A program made the translations under genes and the position numbers. 64,000 nucleotides of DNA from Malacoraja senta (taxonomy: Eukaryota), in the NCBI GenBank assembly GCA_038087875.1, contig CM075985.1:14136001-14200000 (forward strand), given 5' to 3'. A model generated the notes under the pieces. That model made no database searches. It saw nothing but the letters and a program-made list of their open reading frames with translations, and was not told the DNA's origin. Below are positions 1 through 12,000 of the stretch, piece by piece (position 1 is the stretch's first letter; each line of letters starts with the position of its first letter).

Positions 1-32
1 AGAAGAAATGAATAGAATAAGGACACTAGTCG
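1..32 (+). CDS. DNAJC2: DNAJC2 exon (partial, runs off window start)
   Basis: [10 protein letters not shown] + G, donor gtaagt at 33. Confidence 0.9.
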
Positions 33-3000
33 GTAAGTTTTGTATTTGAACAACAAATCCATTATTTACTACATAGGATAGACAATAGGTGCAGGAGTAG
101 GCCATTTGGCCCTTCGAGCCAGCACCGCCATTCAATGTGATCATGGCTGATCATCCCCAATCAGTAGCCCGTTGCTGCCTTCTCCCCATATCCCCTGACT
201 CTGCTATTTTTAAGAGCCCTATCTAGCTCTCTCTTGAAAACATCCAGAGAACCTGCCTCCACTGCCCTCTGAGGCAGAGAATTCCACAGACTCACCACTC
301 TCTGTGAGAAAAAGTGTTTCCTCGTCTCCGTTCTAAATGGCTTACTCCTTATTCTTAAACTGTGGCCCCTGGTTCTGGACTCCCCCAACATCGGGAACAT
401 GTTTCCTGCCTCTAGCTTGTCCAAGCCCTTAACAATCTTATATGTTTCAATGAGATCCCCTCTCATCCTTCTAAACTCCAGAGTGTACAAGCCCAGCTGC
501 TTCATTCTCTCAGCATATGACAGTCCCACCATCCCGGGAATTAACTTTGTAAACCTACGCTGCACTCCCTCAATAGCAAGAATGTCCTTCCTCAAATTAG
601 GGGACCAAAACTGCACACAATACCAGGTGTGGTCTCAGTAGGGCTCTGTACAACTGCAGAAGGACCTCTTTGCTCCTATATTCGATTCCTCTTGTTATAA
701 AGGCCAACATGCCATTTGCTTTCTTCACTGCCTGCTGTACCTGCATGCTTACTTTCATAGACTGATGTACAAGGACCCCCCAGATCCCGTTGTACTTCCC
801 CTTTTCCCAACTTGACGCCATTTAGATAGTAATATGCCTTCCTGTTTTGGCTATCAAAGTGGATAACCTCACATTTATCCGCATTAAACTTCATCTGCCA
901 TGCATCTGCCCACTCCCCCAACCTGTCCAAGTCACCCTGCATTCTCATAGCATCCTCACAGTTCACGCTGCCACCCAGCTTTGTGTCATCTGCAAATTTG
1001 CTAATGTTACTAAGTAGTTCTCTACTGAGTCAGTTATTTTTCTAGCTCGAAATAAATCTGATATTATAAACATCTATTGTATAGTAAAATGAGCTAGTTC
1101 TAAAGCTAATTTGCTTTGTCCTATGTTAGGGAAGGGTACATTTCAGGGAATGTATGAACAGTAGTGGTTGACTGTATGAAAGCCTTATTTCTTGTGGGTC
1201 CTCTAGAACATTGGCATTTTAGCACTACTAGCCTGATACCTCCATGCAAGATGGAGAACCTACTCTGCTCAACAAAGAACTGGGAATTCTCCTATAATCC
1301 TGTAACAATTTTCCAACCAGTGCAGGCCCAAAAGATTGAGTTGATCATTGAACCTTGACTGTTGTCTTCATAGTATGTCTTAAAAATAAATCAGTGTTTT
1401 GGAATATGCTAATATGCTGTTCACAAGTTCCTTAGTAACTTTGCATTTTCGGTATTGTCATTATTTCTATTGTCAGCCACTCAGTGATGACTGCAATTGA
1501 AAGTCATAAAACAAAGTACTTTACTTCTGATAATTAAAAGACTGATGAAGCAATGTTATTTACTATGTCCATTTAGGACTGAGATGAGGAAAAACTTTTT
1601 CACCCAAATAGTTGTGAGTCTGTGGAATTCTCTGCCACAGGAGGCAGTGGAAGCCAATTCACTGGATGTTTTCAAGGGAGAGTTAGATTTAGCTCTTGGG
1701 TCTAAAGGAATCAAGGGACATGGGGGAAAAAGCAGGAACTGGGTACGGATTTAAGATGATCAGCCATGATCATAATGAATGGTGCTGGCATGAAGGGCCG
1801 GATGGCCTACTCCGCCTATTTTTCGAAGTCCTATGTTTCTAATATTTTTGCCCAATTTAGAATCATTGATTGTTACAATATAGGCTGATCAAATTAATTG
1901 GGTGCATTTTTATTTGACCATCTAAGCTATAAACAGTCTTTAAATATTAATTTGTAGAGTTGACCTAACTCTTGCCTTTGGGTCATTTAATTGTGATTGA
2001 TGGTCTGAATATCACAAAGGTCTCAATGTATTGCAATGTAAAATCTCAAGACCCAAGACATTATTGTGATGATTTCTTTTACAGACACTGCATACAATTG
2101 TGATCCTAGAATTAAAAAATTTAAAGAAGAAGAAAAAGCAAGAAAAGAAGCAGAGAAGAAGGCAAAAGCTGAGGCAAAAAGAAAAGAGCAAGAAGAAAAA
2201 GAAAAAGTAAGGATTAAAAATTGAGGAAGTCTGGTTGCATTTTAAATATGCTACAATTTGATTTCTGTTATTAAATTGAAAGGATAACATGGGAATGCCA
2301 TGCTTTAACTGTCAACTGCGAGAAAACATTTCCTTTCCCGAAATTATCTTATAGGCCATGATTAATAAATGTTTAACATTTTCTCTGCCTTCTTTCCAGT
2401 TTAATGGCATCTTTACTATAGCGGGGTGAACAAACTAGACAGACTACTCCCAAGTGCAGCCTCACCAGCGTCTTGTACAACTGTAACATAACGTCCCAAC
2501 TTATAAACTCTCTTCCTTGACTGATGAAGGCCAATGTGTCATATGCCTTCTTCACCGCCTTAGCTACCTGCAACACTACTTTCAGGAAACCATGTTACTT
2601 TCAGTTAACCTCCTAGATCCCGCTGCTCTACAATACTCCCCAGGGCCCCACCGTTCACTGAAAGTCCTGGTTTGAGTTTCCAAAGTGCAACACCTTTCAT
2701 TATCTGAATGAAACTCCATTAGCCATCCTTTGTCCCACTTGCCCAGCTGGCCAAGATCCCATTGTTATGATAACCATTGTCTATGATGCCACCTTGATAT
2801 TTCAGTATCATCTACAAATTTATTGAACATACACGTACATTATCATCCAAATCATTGATATAGATGATAAATGACAATGGTCCTAGCACCGATCTCTAAG
2901 GCACACCATTTGTCTTAAAAACACCCTTCCACCACCACCCTCTGCTTCCTACCATGAAAATGTTTCTGTGTCCAATTAGCTAGCTCTGGATCCCATGCAA

Positions 3001-6000
3001 TCTGACCTTACAAAGTAGCTAACGTGCAAACTTTATCAAACGTTTTGATGAAGTCCATATAGATTACATATTTGGCCCTGCCTTGACTCTGCCCAGGTCC
3101 CTCCTAACCTGCATGTCTTTGGTCCATTGGTGGAAATGTGAATTGTGCCAATTGCCCAAACATTTTATTTGCTGCTCTGCAAAATGTAAGCAGTTTTTTT
3201 TTTGAGTATTATAAAAAACCTTTTGGGCAATTAATGTTGGAATATTATAAATAAGGTGTAATTTCTATATGTGTGCAATTTAGTTTGGGACTCTGTGTTA
3301 TTTTTTAATTGCACAAACAGCAGTGCTAATTTTAATGTGTTCTACAAAGAAATTCCAAATATATTTTGTTTTTAAATAGCTTAAACAAGCTGAATTGGAA
3401 GTTGCCCAATTGGCCAAAGAAAAAGAGGATGAAGAAGCCAGACAACAGGCACTGCAATCAAAGAAGGAAAAGGAAATACAGAAGAAAGCAATTAAGAAAG
3501 AAAGGCAAAAGCTACGAACAGTTTGTAAGGTGCGATGAAATGTTGTTTTAGTGGCACGGTTGGTCACTTCTCGGAATTTCACCATGAATATAAAACAAAA
3601 ATTCTTATCTGTACATTAATGAATATAAATTTATGGATTGAGTGCAAATTTTCCTGGCATAATATATATTAAAAAAACTAGCATTCTGGCAGTTAAGAGT
3701 TAAAACTAGCATGCACCACTAAATGTCCTTTGAAGTGTAAGCAAGGATAACAACACTGAGGTAACAGCGAATCTTATTTCTTCAGCTCCTGACAGACATC
3801 CTTGTCCAAAAATGTTCAATTTGTTGTAGAGATGAAAAACAAAATTTAATTTAGCTGGACCTTATCTGTTAACTTCCTTGCTCTCTGTCATCAGGATAAC
3901 AATGAACAAATTATTAGCCTTTCTGTTTCATATTGATCTATTAACTTCCCTTCTGTTTGTTCATGTTGATTTAACCATTGTTAATTGCTTCAACCGGCAT
4001 TCTAATTCCAATGATAGTTTTTAATTTTAGCATCTTTCCTAGCAGGCTGTAAATGGCATCTGCACATAATTAGGCCCTAGTGTATTGGTCATTTCTCCAT
4101 CTTCTTCCTTGCAAGTTGTATGGTTTCTGTTCCCCTGATGTAGGCTTCAGTTAAACAAAGGTGAATCAATTACCATCAAGTGTTTCTGATGCTTCTTGCA
4201 CGTGGGGTTGTCAAAGGTGAAAGTCTATTTTCACATGCACGGATCCCACAATAACAATATAACAATGACTCTATCAGTGGTATTTTAGCGACAACTCCCC
4301 TGCTTTTCAGAATTATATCATGGGATATTTTACATTAAAATAAGATTTAATAATTAATTGGAAAATGCACCTCCAGCAATACTAACTCAGTTCATGCTGG
4401 AGAATCAACACCTTAATTAGCTAATGTTAAGAAATTACTCTTGAACCTCAAATTCTTTGTTTCACTTTTCTGTACACCAATTCAAAATGAGTGATTGGCT
4501 TTCTATAATTGGCTGACCAGGTCTGAACTGTGAGCTCCGTGTAGTACACTATAATGGGTTATTTAACTATACTTCATAATATTTATTCGTTAACTTTCCA
4601 GCGACTTAATCTTTTTCAGCTCTTCACTCACTTTTACACCTAGATCTCAGTTTCTAAATTTACAACAAAATTATTGCAATGGGTAACAACAAATCAAAGT
4701 CAAGAGCACGCTGACTCAGTTCATGCCTCACCTATTTTTTCCTTGCCTTTGTAAGAAATATTTTTTCATGACTATAACCATTAAAAAGTGCACTTTTGAC
4801 ATTACACATCTGCAACATAAAGGGCTGATCATAAATAATATAAAGCCTAAAATTGAGTTGACATAAGCAAACCTGATTGGGATGTAGTACAAAGAAGGCA
4901 GTGCCTTTGACCTACAAGTCCTTTCATCATTACCTTAGTGCACGGCAACATCTTCAAAACAGAAAGCAAAAGTCCAAGTGTAAATTGAACTAGCTGCCCG
5001 TCCAAATGATCACTCTGTATTGGCAGCTTAGAAATGTCATCTAGTCAGTTTGGTGCAATATTTGTCTCCCTGAACCTATATTGTTATTTGTGGGTTATGC
5101 AATTGGGAAAGGAAATTATATTTCATTTTCTTTGACCTGTCCTTTTAAGAATGAAGTGTTTAAGAACGACCATAGCATCATCAGTACAGTGTCGTCTCTC
5201 AACTAGTAACTAAAGACTAAAATTTGGACTTTCCCCTTTAAGAAGGTAATCAGTCAACCTCATATCACCATGTATGAAATGATGTTCGGCTGTGTTCTCT
5301 ATGATGCTGCCATCACTATATAAGTGGATATGAGAATTGCATCAATGCCAGTGGATTCTGAAGTCAGTCATCGCTGCTTTCCGATCTGTTTACTGTATGA
5401 GTGATTCATTCTTATTTTTGTACTTTACAAGAATTGGAACTACTTTACTGATAATCAAACTGAAAATGTGAAAATGATGGAGGATGTGGAGAAACTCTGT
5501 GACCGACTTGAATTAGTGAGGTAAATATATTTTAATGTTGCTTATCTGCCTTATCTGGTATTTACAAGATGAATAACTTGCTGTTTATTTTTAACAATTG
5601 AGTTCTTATTGGTGCTCTGGGTTTCAATGGAGAATCCTTGATATAAATGATATTCAGGACTTCCTTCCTCTTTTTCCAAACACCTCACCACCATTATCTC
5701 TAAATGGAATATAAGCTACACATAGAAGAAAAATAATGCAAGCAGTGATATGAGCAAGAATAATGCAAGCATGATTTTCTATATGAGTCTTTTCATTACT
5801 CTTCTTCTTTCACAAGCTCCATACTTAACCATGATTTGAAGCTCTTCCCTGGCTGTTAAATTATTGAACCCCTTTCTGCATCTGGTTTAATCCGACCTGA
5901 GCCCCTTGACCCAGATACACAAATCACGAAAAAATAGTCACCTGGTTAATGAAGTCATTAAAATAAAAACCAAGCACTGTAATTTTAAAAGAAAAAGAAG

Positions 6001-9000
6001 CAAATCCACAACATAGATTTTGAGGACATGATTGAAAAAAATGGTATTTGTAGTATTCATGAATGACGAAGAGGTACAAGGTAACATAATTAAGTTCACA
6101 GATGACCCAAAGATTGGCAAAGTCGATAGAACAGAAAATAGTCTTTCACTGCAGAGTACTATGGATGTGTTGTGAAATTGGCTAAAATAAGTGGCTGATG
6201 GAATTTAATCCAGCCAAGTGCAAGGTGAAGCATTTTGGGAGCATTCATAAGGCTTGGACATCCAGAATGGTAACGTCTTTGGGGGTATTGAGAAACAGAG
6301 GGCTCTTGAAGGTCAAGTTACATAGATCCTTGAAGGTGGCAACACAGTTAGGGAGCCATATGAGATACTGGCCTTGATTAGTCAGGAGACTGAAATTAGA
6401 ACATGTGAGCTTATGCTAGAATTTTTAAAACGTTGACCAGACCTCAGCTGCAGTACTTACTGGATGCAGTTCTGGTAGCCAACGTATAGAAAGGATGTGT
6501 TAGTGCTGGAGAAGATAGAGAGGGATTTACCACAGTTGCCTGGGATGCAGCAGTTCTGTTACGAGGAGAGACTGGAGAAGCTGGGTCTATACTCGTGGGG
6601 ATGGAAAAGATTGAGAGGACATGATTGAAGTATATAAAATAATGAGAGGTACAACTGGGTAGACCACAGAAAACATTCCTCATATTGCAGGTAAATAAAA
6701 CAAGAGGACATGGGTTTGGGGAAAGAGATTTAGAGATGCGAGAACTACCTTCCATCAGAGTGTTGCAAGTACCTGGAGTGTAATGCCTGACAGAGTGGTT
6801 AAAGCCGACAGCATTTATAAAGTATCTAGCTGAGCTGTGATGAATTGCCTTGGCATAGAGTGTTGGGCAATAGAATTAATACAGAAGAAAGTCTACAGAT
6901 TGACGTGGACAGGCTGGTCAGAATTGCCTGTTTTCATGCTGTTCAGTTCTGTGATTATTTATTCTAAACTTGCATTGGACTTTGATTAGACTGCACTAGA
7001 TGTATTGCATGGAAATCTGTTACCATTTTATTAAAAAATGGTACTGGAGAGGTTGTCATATGGATTTACTTCAGTGTTACCAGAAATATACAGTGCCCTC
7101 CATAATGTTTGGACAAAGACTCATAATTTATTTATTTGCCTCTGTACTCCACAATCTGAGATTTGTAATAGGAAAAACATCATGTGGTTAAAGTGCACAT
7201 TGTCAGATTTTATTAAAGGGTATTTTTATACATTTTAGTTTCACCATGTAGAAATTACAGCTGTGTTTATACATAATCCCCCCCATTTCAGAGGACCCTA
7301 ATGTTTGGGACACATGGCTTCACAGGTGTTTGTAATTGCTCAGGGGTGTTTAAATACCTCCTTAATGCAGGTATAAGAGAGCTCTCAGCGCCTAGTCTTT
7401 CCTCCAGTCTTTCCATCACCTTTGGAAAATTTTATTGCTGTTTATCAACTTGAGGACCAAAGTTGTGCCAATGGAAGTCATTATGAGACTGAGAAACAAG
7501 AATAAAACTGTTAGAAACATCAGACAAACCTTAGGCTTACCAAAATGAACTGTTTGGAACATCATTAAGAAAGAGAGCACTGGTGAGCTTACTAATCGCA
7601 AAGGGACTGGCAGGCTAAGGAAGACCTCCACAGCTGATGACAGAAGAATTCTCTCTATAATAAAGAAAAATCCCCAAACATCTGTCCGACAGATCAGAAA
7701 CACTCTTCAGGAGTCGGGTGTGGATTCGTCAATGACCACTGTCCACAGAAGACTTCATGAACAGAAATACAGAGGATACACTGCAAGATGCAATCTACTG
7801 GTTAACCGCAAATATAGGATGGCCAGGTTACAGTTTGTCAAGAAGTACTTAAAAGAGCAACCACAGTTCTGGAAAAAGGTCTTGTGGACAGATGAGACGA
7901 AGATTAACATATCAGTGATGGCAACAGCAAAGTATGGAGGAGAGAAGGAAATGCCCAAGAAATTAGTTTTTCAAAGCTAAAAAATGGTAAATTCTTGAGT
8001 GGCCAAGTCAATCACCCGATCTGAACCCAATTGAGCATGCCTTTTATATGCTGAAGAGAAAACTGAAGGGGACTAGCCCCTAAAACAAGCATAAGCTAAA
8101 GATTGCTGCAATACAGGCCTGGTAGAGCATCACCAGAGAAGACATCCAGCAACTGGTGATGTCCTTGAATCGCAGACTTCAAGCAGTCATTGCATGCAAT
8201 GGACATGTAACAAAATACTAAACATGACTACTTTCATTTACATGACACTGCCCTGTCCCAAACATTATGGTGCCTTGAAATGGGGGACTATGTATAAACA
8301 CTGCTGTAATTTCTACGTGGTGAAACCAAAATGTATAAAAATGGCCTTTATTAAAATCTGACAATGTGCACGTTAACCACGTGATTTTTTCTATTACAAA
8401 TCTCAAATTATGGAGTACAGAGGCAAATAAATAAATGATGGGTCTTTGTCCAAAACATTATGGAGGGCACTGTATGTGAAAGGATGAACAGACTGAATCT
8501 CTTTGACAGAGAAAGCTGAGGGGTGACCTATAGAGATCTTTAAGATTGTAAGATTTTCATAATGTACATAAAAATACTATATCTTTACTTTTGGTGAATA
8601 GAAAAACCTTAAGCCATTAATGCAAGATTGCTACCAAGAATAAAGTATGCAATTCAGAGAAAGATGATAACATGGAACTTGATACAACTAGAGTGAATGC
8701 GAGGAACTGGATTTTTCTATATACAATATGAAACCAAATGTTTTAACAGATTGTATTAAGAATGTTTACCTGTAGGGCTCTATTGAAAAATAGTGAAAGG
8801 GACGTTGATGTGGCGAACACATGTGGGAATATCAGAATAGGACCACTGCTATAAGAGGCGCAGCAATAAATTCAACAAAGAACTTGGGTTGCCTTTATTC
8901 ACAGAGCGATTAGAATGTGGAGATTGTGACATGAGCAGGCAGCTGCAAATCATTTGAAGGAAAGCTAAATAAATAGAAAAGAATAAAAGGATTTCTAATA

Positions 9001-12000
9001 GTAGTTTGTAATTGATCTATATTGTTTGTGCATTTCCTCTGCTCTGCCCATTATAAATGTTTCACCTGCATCTATATAATAATTTCCTCCTTTAACATCC
9101 TCTTTGAAATCCATGTCATTATCCCAGCTTTTAAAAGTCTCTTTGGACTGGAGTCAAATTTAATTCCATCCCGCTAGGGAGAATAAAGTTTCATCTTAAA
9201 CGTCACATAAATGCAAATCTACTTTTTTTTGTAATGTTGTTTATAAACATGAGCAACATTTTTTTTAAATTGTGGATCAAAATTTCTAAGTAGGTACTAT
9301 CTTTGACTTGTAATATCCATGTCCATTCAATTACTGGATTATTTCTGCCTAAATGTACATGGACATAATTATGCTCGAACAAGACATAAAAACCATGGAT
9401 TTCAATGTTTGTTTGTTTTTCTTTTTCGTAGCCTACAAACCTTAAATGAAGTACTTGCATCAAGTACAAGGGATGAAGGTCAAGCTGAAATACAGAAACA
9501 GGTACAATGTTTGTTGAGGTGGCACAAGAAGTCTTTTCCTGGCATGTAGTCTGCAAAATTTGGTTTAAGGCATTGGTTGCTTGATTGTTCTTGGGACCAA
9601 AATGGATAGGTTTGTGCCACATCGAGTAAGAACTAATTTTGGTGAGTTTATTTCCTCATTTTAGTGCCTCTGCTGTCACCTTAGCTAATGCAAGTCATCG
9701 TGTCCTGGAGATTAATTGCCTTTAAGGGCTATAATTTCTCTAATTTTAGTCCTTTTTATTAATGCTAATTTCTTTGAGGTTCTCATTCACTTTTGATCTT
9801 TAGTCGTCGATTAATTTCTGGAGGTTTCTTGGTCTCCTTCCAGGAAGACATTAATAAAATATGTTTATTTTCTACCATTTCGATAGCCCCCATTGTAGTT
9901 TTTCTTGCTTCAGTCAGAAAAGAAATAACGTTAAATTCAGGAGTCTTTTTTATAGTATGGTACTTTATTTGTTACATTTACCAATGTACAGTGAAATTCA
10001 TTTTTGTATACAGTTCAGTACAAGTATCACTATACATAAGCACTTAGATACATATTATATAAGCATCTTGGATACAGTATATAGCAGTAGTACACTGAGG
10101 CAGTATAGAGTCGCCTGCCATTTTCAAGTCCCAGTTCTTGTAAGTGCAGGGTTGACCTGACCATGAAGGCCCATTGTCCTGACGGTGTTGCAGGGTCGGC
10201 CTGGCCAAGCATAGCCATGGTGTCCTCCACCGCCCCGTGCTGCTGTAGGCCGCGTGTGATCCACAGGCTCGGCCTCTGAACACTGTCGAGGCAGTGCACT
10301 CCCTACCGCAGCCGGTCTGCTTACTTGCCCTCTGTCCGACTCCCTCCACTCTGGGCGGGCAAGCATGGCCTTCCAAATGGATTCCCTGTCTGCGGTGTGG
10401 TCTTCCATCCGTGGCGGGTGAGTCGGGCATACCGGGTGAGTCCCCAGTCTCCAGCAGGTGAGCTGGACCTTTCTGGCCGCGGCTCACCGGGATACTCCCG
10501 CTGCGCGAGGCTCGCCTATAAGCTCGTCTGTTTTTGAGTTTATTACTTCGCCAATAGTCATTCTTCTTTTTCTTCCCTTACCAATATCTTGATCCTTTTA
10601 TGAAATCTTAAACTTTCCTAAGCCTCTTTTTTTTCTGTGGCATTTTAAGCTTTCCCCTTTAATCTAATACTATCTTAAAATCTCTTGGAGAGCCGTGAAT
10701 GGTCCTCTTGCTCCATTCCTCACAATTCTCCCACTTGCTGCTTAGATGAAGTTTTATAACCTCACTCATTCCTGCTGTCCAGCATATTAGTCAAGTGGTA
10801 AAATACCAGATACTAGATGATGATACAAAAATGGATAGATGTAGAAAAGTTGGTCCTAAGCAATTGAGCAATGATCCAGGGAAGGGTCCTGACCTGAAAT
10901 GTCATTTATCCATGTTCTTCAGAGGCGCTTCTTCACCCGCTGAGTTACTCAAGCACTTTGTTTTTTGTAAACCAGCATCTACAGTTCTTTAAGTCTACAT
11001 GATTTTTTTTTGGAAGATCCAAGAAGTCAATGCACAGTTAGCAAAAGAGAAGGAGGAGGCAGAGGCACGGACGAGGCAGGCTACAAAAAGCTCAGATCAC
11101 GCTGCAGGTTATGGAGGAGGAAGCAAAGCCTGGATTGAGGAGGACTTGCAGCTCCTGATAAAGGGTGTAAATATCTTTCCCGCTGGAACTAATGCCAGGT
11201 AATGTCATGGCAATGTTAATCGAATGAGTTACTTCTGAAATAACGTGTCTTGTTATGTGCAGCACTTATAATGTGTCTTGTGAAACACTGGAAGAATTGA
11301 AAATATGGCACATTTCTGCTTAAGTTAAATTGCTTCTGGTGGTATTAATTTCTGGTTGTAATATTGCAAGTTAAAGGAACGAATCTTAAGCAATGCATGT
11401 TTTTCACATTTCTTACATGTGGGTCGGGTCCTTTGGGGTGCTACTTGTTGGGTGGTGACCACAAATTCTCCTTTGGCAGCAGTATAAGATTAACATATTT
11501 ACAAAAAATGTGGAATGCAAGTAGGTTGATTCATTGAACCTTTTAATTTTCCTTTTCCACCTCTGTACATCTTAGTTTCTGTTCTGAACAGTAATATTAA
11601 AAGCATAGCAGCTCTATTTATTCCTGGTTCAGAGATCTATAATTCTGGCTCTTTTTAAACTATTTTCTCTTCCTCTTTCACCTACTTAAGATAGTCATTT
11701 TTGCAAAGGAAGTAGTATTTCACCAGGGACTTAATCATGTGTCCATCTCAAGAAAGAGTTAGTGGGCATTGTCATGTCAGCTCCATTTAATCCTGTCATG
11801 CAAGGGCATGGCCATGGCTGGAGCCTTGCGGGTCGGAGCCCGCAGCCGGCAGAGTCAACGAAGCCCGCGGAGAAGCCGAGGCCGGAGCTTGTGGTCGACG
11901 GCTGGGGCCTAGGTTGGCGCCACGGAGAGGACCTGGCAGCGATAGGGGAGAGGTCAGTGCGGCAGTCGATGATGGCGCCGGCCGACTGACGAGGATAGAC

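Noticed and set aside
161-966. RT-like ORFs as a host gene or active retrotransposon
   Set aside because: A 5'-truncated, frameshifted CR1 fragment lacking the endonuclease and most of the RT; no autonomous element is present in the window.
2012-3585. Phe/Leu/Ser-rich minus-strand ORFs (2012-2290, 3298-3585)
   Set aside because: Antisense shadows of the Lys/Glu-rich DNAJC2 exons.
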